From positions 4,493-68,492 of the forward strand of contig CAYYQK010000004.1 in NCBI GenBank assembly GCA_964473815.1: a stretch of 64,000 nucleotides of DNA. Direction: 5' to 3'. Positions 46,632-56,258 of the stretch are shown piece by piece. The notes beneath the pieces were generated by a model. It was not told the DNA's origin. It saw only the letters and a list, made by a program, of their open reading frames with translations, and ran no database searches. The stretch's first letter is position 1, and the number at the start of each line of letters is the position of its first letter. The position numbers were made by a program, and so were the translations under genes. This stretch comes from an uncultured Candidatus Saccharibacteria bacterium (GTDB lineage Bacteria > Patescibacteriota > Doudnabacteria > UBA920).

Positions 46632-46925
46632 TTAACTGTTGCGCAGCTTCACTGCATCTTTGAACGCTTCACCAGCTTTGAATTTTGGAGTATTCAATTC
46701 TGGAATTTGAATTTTCTGAGAAGGGTTACGTGGGTTAACGCCGATACGCGGATCACGATGAGAAACGCTAAATTGTCCAAAGCCGCTAATATTTACCTTT
46801 TCGCCACTGCGCAGTGTCTCATATACTAAGTTGATGAAAGTATTTAACATTCGTTCGGCTTCGGTATAAGTCACAGACATGCGGGCAGCAAGTTGTTCAA
46901 TAAGATCGGATTTATTTAAGCTCAT
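46632..46925 (-). CDS. hup: Nucleoid-associated DNA-binding protein HU/IHF family.
   Basis: 97 aa. SKSDLIE, GFGQFSV and the arm motif R.PRTG.NPRNP are HU signatures. Confidence 0.85.
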   Translation of the reverse strand: MSLNKSDLIEQLAARMSVTYTEAERMLNTFINLVYETLRSGEKVNISGFGQFSVSHRDPRIGVNPRNPSQKIQIPELNTPKFKAGEAFKDAVKLRNS

Positions 46926-47098
46926 AATTTTAGGTGCTTAATAATCTTGTGTTACCAGATTATAGCATAGATATGAAGAAAACTTAAAAACTTCTTACCG
47001 TTTGGTAATGAAGGTACCAATGGCATTGATCGCCATGGCGATTCCGATTTCAATAAATTTCCAAACTCTTTTAAGTGCACTCATGTTGTTATTATAAC

Positions 47099-49024
47099 TC
47101 AGCTGACTCGCCCCGTAAATATCAATTTATAAAGTGCGGCTAAACCGGCTGTGACGGCTGCTGCGCCCATCGCAATAATTTTTCCGGCAGATTCTTTTTT
47201 TGAGTCAGATTTTGAACTGGCAGTGGTTGAATTATTGGTGTTGGAATTAGAGGGTGTGGTTGCTGCTTTTGAAGTTGCGATTTTGGTTACAGTTTTTGTT
47301 GCGGGCTTTACAGAAGTTTTAGCCGCAACTTTTACTGCTGGTTTACTTGTGGGTGGTTTAGGGGTGGTTATTGGTTTGATGATTTTTATTTCTTCCGGAA
47401 GTTTTAATATATTACTATTTCCTTTTGTAACTTCCGTGGTCCACAGAAAACCATCTTCGAACAAGGCATAACTAGAAGCTTTGATTGCTTGCGGATACGT
47501 TACTGAATCAATATTTTTTGATCCTAGTTTGAGGGCTACAGTTTGACCGGAATTGCGTAGTCCTGCTGGAAAACCAGAATCTATTACAAAATATTCTCCT
47601 GGCTTAAGAACTTGGTCGGGAAGCTGTTTGTGTTTATCCCCTACCCAAAGAGTCAACATTGAAAGCTGGGCAATTTCCTCACCACTGTTGTAGAGTTCCA
47701 AAAATTCTTTTTCACCACTACTCGGCGCAGGGTAAATTTCCGAAATTTTTACACCACTGTCATCATAGGTGGGAGTTTTTACTACCGGCAACACTACGAG
47801 TGGGTTTGTATCAGCAGCATTATTGGCCTCTGTTATTGGCGGCAAACCATTATCTTCGCCGATTGTTGAAGTTGCCCACATCCAATTGTCATCCTTAAAT
47901 TTTGAATACGATTGTCCTTCCGGCGCAGTTCCCTGATACGACACGCTATCAATTACCTGACCATCACTGGTGAGTAAAGTGACAATATCGCCACCAGTAT
48001 TATTGAGTGCGAAGTCTGTAGACGGAATTGTGATTACAGCAAAACTGTCCGGTGCGATTTCGATAGAAGGCAGTACCTCAGCATTGCTCGAAACAGGATC
48101 AGTTGGTGCAATGTCGTCTAAAATCAGCTTGTCGAGATTTACTGTGGTGTCACCGGCATTATACAGCTCGATTTGTTCTGCGCCAGCATCGGTACCAACC
48201 GGATTGGGTAACAATTCAGTAATTTGCAAGTTAGGAATTGGTTCTGGTGTAATGGGTGGTGTGGTAGGTTCTGTAGTAGGATCTGGTGTTGTTTCAGGCG
48301 GAGTGTCAGTGACAACTGGATCGGTAGGTGGCGTGACTGTTATAGGCGGCAGCGGATCTGTTGTTTGGTCGGTGGTTGGACCATTTGCGACAGGGTCTGG
48401 AATCACCGGCAAAGTCGGCAAAAATTCATCACTACTATTGCGCACGGCGCTTTGTTTAATTTCATAAACACCTTGCTCAGCAAATAAATCTTGCCGAACC
48501 AAACTTTGATTTGCACCAGGATTTTCCAAACCTGAAGAAACAAATCCATTACTGGTATTCCCCCAAGCAACGCTATCTATAATTACTCCGGTGTCAGCGG
48601 CGCCCTGACGCAAGGCCACGCCATTATTATCTGCCAAAGTAGCCGTAGTCAAACTGTCGGGAACTGTAGATATGCCAGTGAATGTGCTATTGGCCCACAA
48701 CCAAAAATGATGCGCCGGTACAATAGTAGAAGCCGTCCAGGAAACAATTGATGTATCCGTTGTACCGGCAGCTGTTCGTTTTACTAGGCGAAAACCTTTT
48801 AGGTCGATTGAGCTATTAGTCGGATTATAAAACTCAACAAAATCTTCCTGCGTGTGGTTAGTCCCGCCAGTAATTTGTACTGCGGAGATTATTAAATGAT
48901 TTATATTAGGAGGACTGGTTTCTGCCAAAGCGTATTGAAAACTGCCAGAGAATAGTAGAGACTGGGAGATGATCACGGCAAGCGCGAAGAAGCGGCGCAT
49001 AGAGCGCAAATGAATTTTTTGCAT
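47099..49024 (-). CDS. Surface protein with three lamin-tail (LTD) domains separated by Pro/Thr-rich linkers and a C-terminal TM anchor.
   Basis: Three copies of the LTD-like motif (I/V)SE(I/L)..NP.G.D...E(F/L)(I/V)ELYN (HLIISAVQITGG..EFVEFYNPT, LQITELLPNPVGTDAGAEQIELYNAG, VKISEIYPAPSSGEKEFLELYNSG). N-terminal signal peptide. C-terminal hydrophobic anchor. Confidence 0.6.
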   Translation of the reverse strand: MQKIHLRSMRRFFALAVIISQSLLFSGSFQYALAETSPPNINHLIISAVQITGGTNHTQEDFVEFYNPTNSSIDLKGFRLVKRTAAGTTDTSIVSWTASTIVPAHHFWLWANSTFTGISTVPDSLTTATLADNNGVALRQGAADTGVIIDSVAWGNTSNGFVSSGLENPGANQSLVRQDLFAEQGVYEIKQSAVRNSSDEFLPTLPVIPDPVANGPTTDQTTDPLPPITVTPPTDPVVTDTPPETTPDPTTEPTTPPITPEPIPNLQITELLPNPVGTDAGAEQIELYNAGDTTVNLDKLILDDIAPTDPVSSNAEVLPSIEIAPDSFAVITIPSTDFALNNTGGDIVTLLTSDGQVIDSVSYQGTAPEGQSYSKFKDDNWMWATSTIGEDNGLPPITEANNAADTNPLVVLPVVKTPTYDDSGVKISEIYPAPSSGEKEFLELYNSGEEIAQLSMLTLWVGDKHKQLPDQVLKPGEYFVIDSGFPAGLRNSGQTVALKLGSKNIDSVTYPQAIKASSYALFEDGFLWTTEVTKGNSNILKLPEEIKIIKPITTPKPPTSKPAVKVAAKTSVKPATKTVTKIATSKAATTPSNSNTNNSTTASSKSDSKKESAGKIIAMGAAAVTAGLAALYKLIFTGRVS

Positions 49025-49141
49025 CTTGGTTAAATTAATTACTTAACCATTATGCAGAAGTAGTGATAAAGTCTCGTTAAAGAAAAACCAAAACTTTTCT
49101 AAAATCTTCAGAAAAAATTTATCTATAAATAAAAAACCGCT

Positions 49142-49594
49142 TTACTCAGCGGCTTCTTTTGTCTCTTCTTGTTGTACTTCATCAGGAAAATTTTTCTTAA
49201 ACAATGTTCCTAGTACCCCGTTTACAAACTTACCACTCGATTCCCCACCAAAGCGCTTGCCCATTTCGACGGCTTCGTTAATAGCAACTTTAGGCGGAAT
49301 CTTTTTCGCAAATATCAATTCAAAAATTCCTAAACGCAAAACGTTGCGGTCAATAATTGTAATTTGCGCAATTGGCCATTCTGGTGCAGTCTCAGTAATG
49401 ATCACGTCTATCTCGTCGATATGAGAGATAACCCCATCAACTAATTCACGAGCAAAATCAGTGTCATCTGCGCCAGCGGCGAATTCTTCCAAGACACGTT
49501 CAAGAACCGCAGAAAGATCTTCACTGCGATTATTAAAATCCCATTCAAAGAGTGCTTGGAGCGCGACAGTGCGCAAAAGGTGTCGGTTGGCCAT
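49142..49594 (-). CDS. nusB: Transcription antitermination factor NusB.
   Basis: 150 aa. RR.ARE.ALQ-like N-terminus ([17 protein letters not shown]). All-helical NusB fold size. Confidence 0.75.
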   Translation of the reverse strand: MANRHLLRTVALQALFEWDFNNRSEDLSAVLERVLEEFAAGADDTDFARELVDGVISHIDEIDVIITETAPEWPIAQITIIDRNVLRLGIFELIFAKKIPPKVAINEAVEMGKRFGGESSGKFVNGVLGTLFKKNFPDEVQQEETKEAAE

Positions 49595-49630
49595 TTATTT
49601 AAAATCAGTTAAATAAAAAACGCAAAGTAA

Positions 49631-49798
49631 TTATACCACTTTGCGTCCTTTGTAATAACCACAGTTTGGACAAGGCTTGTGAGGCAAACTAGCGCTACCA
49701 CAATTTTTACAAGTGGCGAATGTGCTAGGAGTCAAAGCGTGATGACTGCGACGTTGGTCGCGACCACTGCGGGTTTTATGCTTTTTAGGTACACCCAT
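49631..49798 (-). CDS. rpmF: 50S ribosomal protein L32.
   Basis: Not in the supplied ORF track because it is under 60 aa. Translation: MGVPKKHKTRSGRDQRRSHHALTPSTFATCKNCGSASLPHKPCPNCGYYKGRKVV. This shows the bL32 signature (PKK...RRSHHAL) and the C4 zinc ribbon. Confidence 0.75.
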   Translation of the reverse strand: MGVPKKHKTRSGRDQRRSHHALTPSTFATCKNCGSASLPHKPCPNCGYYKGRKVV

Positions 49799-49993
49799 GT
49801 ATTTGGAGGATTAAATAAAGTTAAATAGCAATGCGATAAGTATAGCTAAAATGGTCGATTTCGTCAAGGTTGCTTAATTTTGGATATAAAAAGATCCCAA
49901 GCCGCCGAAAACAACTTGGGATACTTTCTCGTTGAATCCACTCCCAGACTCGCTAGTAACTGGTTGTGGACAACAAGCTTGTGAGCAGCGAAG

Positions 49994-51175
49994 TTACTTT
50001 GTCGATTCCTTCACTGCGACTGTTTTAGCATCTTTCTCCAAAATTTTCGGTTTCGGAGGAAGAAGTGTTTTGTAAACCTCGCTTGCGATTCGCGAGGCGA
50101 CTCTCCCCTTTTGACCTTTACCGTGAGTGATCACGACAACGGCGTATTTAGGGTTACCGATTGGGGCAACGGAAGCGTTCAAGCCAATCCCTGTGTGAAC
50201 CGAATTAGATCGGTCTTTGCAGGTTCCTGTCTTGGCGGCTGCATCGAGATCCGGGTTAGTTTCCCCGAGAACGCGGGCAGTGCCGTCAGTGGCTGATCCA
50301 CGCATTCCTGGGATCATACCCTGGAAGCTTTGGATTGGCAGATCGACCTGCTCTGCAACGGATTCGTTCTTTGAATCGACTGACGTCGGAAAGTAAGGCT
50401 TAACCTTTTTCCCGCCGTTGGCGATTGTAGAGACCATCCGAGCAAGCTGTATGGCCGTAACTTCCACGCCATCACCTTTCCAGTAGGCGCCCGACCCAAA
50501 TTTTCCTGAAGGTAGTTTGCCGGGGCTTTCTGAAGGTAAATTGATTCCTGTGGGAGATCCTAGGCCGAGCTTTAAAGCAGTTGCCCGAAACGTTTCCGGA
50601 CCAACCTTACGTCCCAAGAGTTCGAAGAAAGAATTGTCGGACTTTGCCAGTGCAGTTGCCAAAGTTTTGGAACTGCGACTACCAATAATCTTCCCATCGG
50701 CATCGAGAGCGCCGGCTTGTAGGCCAGCAATCCCTGTAACCAACTTAATAGTCGAGCATGGCTTTATGGGCTCGCGAACGGCCATATCGGAATTAACCAT
50801 TGCCTCGATTCGCCCGGTTTGGGCATCCATGACGACAACGGTTCCAACATTGTTTCCAAGTGCAGCGACCGCAGCTTCCCGGATTTTTGGATCCTGGACT
50901 GCAATATTGTCTTTAGAAATGTTAGTGACGGCTTCGGTTTTGAGTCCAGATTCGAACGCAACCTGCCGGCGATACGCAGCAGCTGCAGCAGCCCGACGGG
51001 CGGCTTCAGCTTTGCGAACCATAGCAATTCGGCGAATCAGTTCTCGTTTGCTAACTTTAGTTACCTTATGCTTTCGTTCTTTGCCTTTGCCGTCTGTAGC
51101 TCGCTCAGCGCGAACACTCAGAGGCACAAATGCTAAGGTGGAAAAAATAAGTGCTAAAACAAAAAATCGTTTCAT
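49994..51175 (-). CDS. Secreted penicillin-binding-protein transpeptidase / beta-lactamase-fold protein.
   Basis: Signal peptide. Active-site motifs STIK (SxxK), SDN (SxN) and KTG in the canonical order and spacing. Confidence 0.7.
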   Translation of the reverse strand: MKRFFVLALIFSTLAFVPLSVRAERATDGKGKERKHKVTKVSKRELIRRIAMVRKAEAARRAAAAAAYRRQVAFESGLKTEAVTNISKDNIAVQDPKIREAAVAALGNNVGTVVVMDAQTGRIEAMVNSDMAVREPIKPCSTIKLVTGIAGLQAGALDADGKIIGSRSSKTLATALAKSDNSFFELLGRKVGPETFRATALKLGLGSPTGINLPSESPGKLPSGKFGSGAYWKGDGVEVTAIQLARMVSTIANGGKKVKPYFPTSVDSKNESVAEQVDLPIQSFQGMIPGMRGSATDGTARVLGETNPDLDAAAKTGTCKDRSNSVHTGIGLNASVAPIGNPKYAVVVITHGKGQKGRVASRIASEVYKTLLPPKPKILEKDAKTVAVKESTK

Positions 51176-51300
51176 TTTGGCCTCCTGTGTACATGAAATT
51201 TATGTGAAATTCATCACATATTAATTATACGTTGCTTATTCTGTTTCGCAACATATTTTGTGGAAAATCTGCATAGAAAGCTAAAGGCTTTCTAGTTGGT

Positions 51301-51330
51301 CACTAAAAAACCCGCGAAGTTCGCGGGCTT
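51301..51330 (-). terminator. Minus-strand Rho-independent terminator-like hairpin (CCCGCGAAGTTCGCGGG followed by a T-run on the minus strand), located in a divergent intergenic region.
   Basis: Read directly. No annotated minus-strand ORF ends here, so it may terminate a small transcript that starts near 51420. Confidence 0.5.
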
Positions 51331-51502
51331 ATCAGTGCCCCCAATCCGAGTAACCGAAATCAGGAGCCCGAGTCTCAAAATTAGCTTGCGCTAAGTGAGT
51401 AATAAATCGCACCCTTTACGAGCACGACAACTTATGATACCCTATTTGATAGGGTTTTGTCAAGAATTCCATTTTTCCCATAAGGAGGCTAGTTTTTCGC
51501 AT

Positions 51503-51934
51503 ATGAGTCTACACTTTACCGTAACCGTCCCCAAAGGGTCACTCGAGCGAGCGGATGAGATCAAACAGGAACTGGAGAATCAATTCAATACCCCGGATTC
51601 AAAAGTCCATGTACTAATTTCCGTGTTCCGTCCAGACGGTGAGGCAGGCTATGTACAACGGATGGTCGAAATGAACAGCAGAATGAGTGATGGCATGATC
51701 ATAAGCAACGTGAGCTCGGAGATACTGCTCTCGGAATTCGCTCTAGAGTATGCCCGAAAAAAAGACCGGTTATGTGTGCTTTTCGAGGCACCACGACCGG
51801 AAATGCTCATGAGCATGGCCGAAACAGATCGGGTGAAGAATTTGATCGTCCTCAAAAACACATCCGCTGACGAACTGGTCACCTGTTTTAAAGAAAACGT
51901 GACTATTTCACCGGTAGCCGTGCCTTTGGTCTGA
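51503..51934 (+). CDS. Hypothetical protein (about 143 aa), GC-rich.
   Basis: AAGGAGG RBS 8 nt upstream of the ATG at 51503. No recognised domain. Confidence 0.45.
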   Translation: MSLHFTVTVPKGSLERADEIKQELENQFNTPDSKVHVLISVFRPDGEAGYVQRMVEMNSRMSDGMIISNVSSEILLSEFALEYARKKDRLCVLFEAPRPEMLMSMAETDRVKNLIVLKNTSADELVTCFKENVTISPVAVPLV

Positions 51935-52016
51935 ATGATCAGATTATTCGCGGCATTAACAAAAAGCGCCCAGGCAATCTTTCGAGATTACTTGCGCGCT
52001 TTTAATTTTGTGTTAT

Positions 52017-53699
52017 TTAGAAACCCATTCCACCCATGCCACCTGGCATGCCGCCGCCCATTGCTGCAACTGCAGCGTCGGACTTTGGTTCTGGCTTATC
52101 TACTACAATAGTTTCTGTGGTTACGAGAGTTGAAGCAATTGAAACTGCGTTTTCTAAAGCGAGTCTGGTAACTTTTACTGGATCGACGATTCCTGCGGCG
52201 ATCATGTCATCTTTCTTGCCTTGTTCCCACTTCATTTCATCATAGTTTGCAAAGTCGAATCCAGCGTGCCCTTGTGTGCTTTGGACATAGTTGATGATTG
52301 CGCTTGGTTCAGCACCGGCGTTTTCGGCAATTTGTCGTAGAGGAGCTTCGAGTGACTTGCGTACGATCATTGCGCCGCGCTTTTCGTTTTCTTGGAAGTA
52401 GTCGCCGCGGGAAATGCTTTGTTCCAGCACGGGCGCGATCTTTGCTAATGCCGCGCCACCACCGGCAACAATCCCCTCTTCGACTGCAGCGCGAGTGGCA
52501 TTTAGAGCATCTTCGATTTTGAATTTCTTGGCTTTCATTTCAGTTTCTGTAAACGCGCCAACTTTGATTACCCCGATGCCGCCGCTTAAGCGAGCCATGC
52601 GTTCTTGTAATTTTTCTTTATCAAAATCTGAGCTGCTTGCTGCTGCTTCTGATTTTATTTGTGCCACGCGAGCATCAATTTGTTCGCGAGGTCCAGCCCC
52701 ATCAACAATGGTAGTGTGCTCTTTGGTAGCGATTACTTTGCGAGCGCGACCAAGTTGATCCAGCTCAGTTTTATCAAAAGTAAGACCAAGGTCAGAAGTA
52801 ATTACAGTTCCGCCAGTCAAAACAGCGATATCAGCAAGTTGTTCTTTGCGGCGATCGCCAAAGCCTGGAGCCTTTACGCCAAGTACAGAAAATGTGCCAC
52901 GAAGTTTGTTTAGCACAAGAGTTGTGAGCGCTTCGCCGTCGATGTCATCAGCGATAATTACTAATTCCTTTTTACCAGTCTGCGCAATTTTTTCGAGCAA
53001 AGGCAAAATGTCCTGCACGCTAGAAACTTTTTTGTCTGTAATTAAAATGTATGGGTCGTCCCACACTGCTTCCATGCGTTCGGTGTTGGTAACCATGTAT
53101 CCGGAAATGAAGCCACGGTCAAAGCGCATACCTTTTACAACTTCTTTTTCAAGGCCAATGCTTTGACCTTCTTCAACAGTTACAACGCCGTCGTTGCCGA
53201 CTTCTTCCATAATTTCGGCAATAAGTTTGCCCACTTCTGCATCTAAAGAAGAAATTGTAGCAACTTGTTGTACGCCTTCACCACTCACAGTTTGCTTAAC
53301 TTTATTTAGTTCTTCCACAACAAACTTCACGGCCTTGTCCATACCGCGCTTAAGATCGTTGGCCTTAAAAGTGTTACGTTCCAATTCTGAAAAAGCTTCT
53401 TCGATCATTTTTTGTGCTAAGACTGTGGCGGTGGTTGTGCCGTCCCCAGCATCTTCGTTAGTTTTGTTGGCAACCTCCTGGATTAAAGATACGCCAATGT
53501 TTTGGAAACGATCTTCGAGTTCTAATTCTTTGGCAACAGTAACTCCGTCATCGGAAATTGTTGGGCTGCCGTAACTGCGATCTAAAATTACTGCTTTTCC
53601 GGTTGGTCCAAGTGTAACCTTAATTGCGTCAGCGGCAATGTCGACGCCTTCCTTAATTGCTTTTTTGGCTTCAAAGCCAGTCTTGATAATCTTGCTCAT
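52017..53699 (-). CDS. groL: Chaperonin GroEL (60 kDa).
   Basis: Full-length similarity, including the C-terminal GGM repeat tail (GGGMPGGMGGMGF). Confidence 0.97.
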   Translation of the reverse strand: MSKIIKTGFEAKKAIKEGVDIAADAIKVTLGPTGKAVILDRSYGSPTISDDGVTVAKELELEDRFQNIGVSLIQEVANKTNEDAGDGTTTATVLAQKMIEEAFSELERNTFKANDLKRGMDKAVKFVVEELNKVKQTVSGEGVQQVATISSLDAEVGKLIAEIMEEVGNDGVVTVEEGQSIGLEKEVVKGMRFDRGFISGYMVTNTERMEAVWDDPYILITDKKVSSVQDILPLLEKIAQTGKKELVIIADDIDGEALTTLVLNKLRGTFSVLGVKAPGFGDRRKEQLADIAVLTGGTVITSDLGLTFDKTELDQLGRARKVIATKEHTTIVDGAGPREQIDARVAQIKSEAAASSSDFDKEKLQERMARLSGGIGVIKVGAFTETEMKAKKFKIEDALNATRAAVEEGIVAGGGAALAKIAPVLEQSISRGDYFQENEKRGAMIVRKSLEAPLRQIAENAGAEPSAIINYVQSTQGHAGFDFANYDEMKWEQGKKDDMIAAGIVDPVKVTRLALENAVSIASTLVTTETIVVDKPEPKSDAAVAAMGGGMPGGMGGMGF

Positions 53700-53717
53700 A
53701 TTAATTCCTTTCTATTT

Positions 53718-54026
53718 CTAATTTTCAATTATTGCTACAGCTTGCGAGTCTTCATCATCTGCAACATAAACGATTTTAAACTTTTCTTTTTTGTTGTCTG
53801 TGCCTGGTACTTCGACTTCGGCAATGCCATATCCGTTAAAGACAACTGTGTCGCCGACTTTGATGCCATACTTAGCAATTAGTTCGCCTGTACCGACTGC
53901 TTTAACAATCCCCTGATTTGGTTTTTCGGTTTCGCTAGAAGAAGGCAAAACAATGCCGCTAGCGGTGACTTCTTCGGTGGAAAGTTGCTGTACTAAAATT
54001 CGATTTCCGAGTGGTTTGATATTCAT
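53718..54026 (-). CDS. groS: Co-chaperonin GroES.
   Basis: 102 aa; the mobile-loop and roof-hairpin pattern of GroES. Confidence 0.9.
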   Translation of the reverse strand: MNIKPLGNRILVQQLSTEEVTASGIVLPSSSETEKPNQGIVKAVGTGELIAKYGIKVGDTVVFNGYGIAEVEVPGTDNKKEKFKIVYVADDEDSQAVAIIEN

Positions 54027-54099
54027 ACTTTTTTCTTAATGTTTGTTAATTATATCTAAAAAATGGGATGAAAGATACCCTTTTGAATTATAGAAACTT

Positions 54100-54126
54100 T
54101 TAGCACTCTGTCAAGTGGAGTGCTAA
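54100..54126. promoter_or_regulatory. CIRCE operator (HrcA binding site), TTAGCACTC-N9-GAGTGCTAA, upstream of groES-groEL.
   Basis: Perfect match to the CIRCE consensus, about 75 nt upstream of the groES start. Confidence 0.88.
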
Positions 54127-54174
54127 ATTTTATGGTATGTTATAATTAACAGGAATTTTAAGAAGATTTTATAT

Positions 54175-54996
54175 ATGGAAGATAAAGAGAAATTGACCAG
54201 CGAAATCAATAAAAGTATTAATGATGCCGGAGCGGATGTAGGCACGAAGTCGTATCAGACTAAAGATGGCGCTGACAGCTACTTAGACTATATCGCCTCA
54301 GACGATGCCAGTGTGTTCATGCCTGTCTTAACCGATGCGGTAGTGACTCGTTTAGGCGAAAATAAAGATGCAAAAATTTTAGATGGCGGCTGTGGGCCAG
54401 GATGGCTGGCTGGGCATTTAGCAGATACTGGCCGCACTGCAGTATATGGGTGTGATACCTCAGCGCCATTAATTGAAGCTGCTAAGCAACGCTACCCAAA
54501 TGCACACTTTGAAGTTGCAGACATGACTAAGACCCTGCCCCAGGGAGACAACTTTTTTGATTTTGTTGTTCTGTCAATGTCGGTGGTAGCTTTGAATTTG
54601 GATCGGCAAAAAGAAGTGTTTCGGCAAATGTATAAATCTTTAAAGCCAGGCGGGCATATGATTTTCATAACCGTCAATCCATACTACGGATATCCGGTTG
54701 GAGTATGGAAGCGTGGATGGCTACGATTCTTACTTCGCAAAACCCCCCTATTGAAGTTGCGGCCATATCAGGAATATGTACGCGACAAAGATCGCAGTTT
54801 TGTCTGGAACAACAATTTGATCTCTTATTTCTACACTCTCGAAGAACAGACCAATGCGATTTTAGAAATTGGTTTTCAATTGTCGCACTTATTAGAAATT
54901 GCTTCTGATACCGATGCTGACCATTACAACTTGCGACATCGGTTGTATCGTTATCCAATCTTCCTGCAATTAGATTTTCAAAAACCGCTCCAGTAG
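54175..54996 (+). CDS. Class I SAM-dependent methyltransferase.
   Basis: Motif I ILDGGCGPGWLAG and motif post-I/II spacing. Confidence 0.7.
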   Translation: MEDKEKLTSEINKSINDAGADVGTKSYQTKDGADSYLDYIASDDASVFMPVLTDAVVTRLGENKDAKILDGGCGPGWLAGHLADTGRTAVYGCDTSAPLIEAAKQRYPNAHFEVADMTKTLPQGDNFFDFVVLSMSVVALNLDRQKEVFRQMYKSLKPGGHMIFITVNPYYGYPVGVWKRGWLRFLLRKTPLLKLRPYQEYVRDKDRSFVWNNNLISYFYTLEEQTNAILEIGFQLSHLLEIASDTDADHYNLRHRLYRYPIFLQLDFQKPLQ

Positions 54997-55006
54997 CGGT
55001 TTTAAT

Positions 55007-55921
55007 TTATCCAAAAAATCCTTTGAGCAAAGATTCGTGCTTGCTACCAGGATGGAAACTTAGTTCGTCTTCACGCACAAACACAAACTGATCTTGCTTA
55101 ATTCTTTTGAGCTGCATGTTGCCCAAAGTTCTTTCGACCCACCGGCCAAAACTGTTTGTAAAAAAGTTTTCAAAAAACTGCTGCATGCTAGTATTGTTTG
55201 TTAGCGCGGCTTGATCAAAACTAATATTGGGGAAAAATTGCTTTATCCAAGCTTCATTGGCTCTTTGGAAAGAATAAATTCCGCTCGCGTGTACAACGGG
55301 TCGTAACTTAGTATATTCCATGGCTTTGTAAAGATTGCGCTCAGCATCAACCTCACGGGAATTTGCTAAATAGTGATTCAAGCAAAACCGGTTAGCGATT
55401 TTGTTGCCATGCCGGCGCACACCAAAAATTTGGAACCATAACGACAGCAATGTACGCGCGGTCCACATGTAATTCGAATCGGTAATAATTAGTAAATCGA
55501 TGTCGCTATCTGGTTTTTGTTGGCCCAATGCCTGTGAACCAGCCAAAGCTATCCCGCGCACAAAAGGAATATGCCGAGTAGGAATCAAAAATTTTTTCAC
55601 TAATTTCTCGCGCTTAACTCCATATAAATAATTCACCAAGCGATCTTGAATAATTTTCTCGCGCTCTGGTAAACAATAAAAGCCTTTATCAAAAACAATT
55701 TTTCCTTCGCGTGACAGAATATGTAATTGCGTTAAAATCGTATCCATATGCACAACTGAAGGTTGTGGCGTGTTTGCAGATTCTAACTCAAAGTGATCAT
55801 CAAGTTTTGTTTGCAAATTGTTTTTCTCGGCAATTAAATATTTGTGAATTTCAAAAGACGTCAACGGGAGTTGTTGTAAATCAAAAAAACGCAAAGTATC
55901 GACAATGCGTTGCGCTAACAT
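55007..55921 (-). CDS. Nucleotidyltransferase-domain protein (Pol-beta superfamily) with an N-terminal winged-helix-like region.
   Basis: GS-x(9-10)-DxD signature: GSQALGQQKPDSDIDLLI. Confidence 0.6.
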   Translation of the reverse strand: MLAQRIVDTLRFFDLQQLPLTSFEIHKYLIAEKNNLQTKLDDHFELESANTPQPSVVHMDTILTQLHILSREGKIVFDKGFYCLPEREKIIQDRLVNYLYGVKREKLVKKFLIPTRHIPFVRGIALAGSQALGQQKPDSDIDLLIITDSNYMWTARTLLSLWFQIFGVRRHGNKIANRFCLNHYLANSREVDAERNLYKAMEYTKLRPVVHASGIYSFQRANEAWIKQFFPNISFDQAALTNNTSMQQFFENFFTNSFGRWVERTLGNMQLKRIKQDQFVFVREDELSFHPGSKHESLLKGFFG

Positions 55922-55934
55922 CGTTCACCTCTCA

Positions 55935-56258
55935 TTACAATCCCAACCTTTCGGCGCTGATTTCTTCCCACTCGCCGTAATTATCTTCTTTGTATACTTT
56001 TATTTTGTGAGAAAATTCTGTGTCAGATAAAATGTATTCTGTGCGCGCAGTATCGCCGGCGCGGTGGGAGTAATGCTGTTTTTTGTCTAACACAACTGGG
56101 CGATTTTCGCGCACAACTTTGTAGCGATCACCGGCAGTTGGCAAAGTAAACTCGCAGACATTATTTGTGCCATTGTCTGTTTGCTCGATTGTAACGCCCA
56201 CATCTTCAAATCTGTCTTGAGCTGACTCTATGAATTCTGCCCAGCGATCGTCTGTCAT
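55935..56258 (-). CDS. Hypothetical acidic protein (107 aa), translationally coupled to the upstream Nudix gene.
   Basis: A 4-nt overlap (ATGA) with the Nudix ORF. No recognised family. Confidence 0.4.
   Translation of the reverse strand: MTDDRWAEFIESAQDRFEDVGVTIEQTDNGTNNVCEFTLPTAGDRYKVVRENRPVVLDKKQHYSHRAGDTARTEYILSDTEFSHKIKVYKEDNYGEWEEISAERLGL

Noticed and set aside
46996-47085. 29-aa hydrophobic minus-strand ORF (MSALKRVWKFIEIGIAMAINAIGTFITKR) just downstream of the LTD protein gene.
   Set aside because: It is too short and featureless to call. It could be a real small membrane peptide but there is no RBS or conservation evidence, so it is left unannotated.
52036-53574. Several 70-126-aa plus-strand ORFs antisense to groEL.
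   Set aside because: They are Ala/Ser/Pro-rich and are typical antisense artefacts of a GC3-rich, highly expressed gene, with no RBS or start context.
54100-54126. A link between CIRCE and the TTAGCTTGCGCTAA palindrome, which shares the outer TTAGC/GCTAA bases.
   Set aside because: The spacer length (4 versus 9) and the inner half-site bases differ. It is most likely coincidental in AT-rich DNA, so it is reported only as a caveat.
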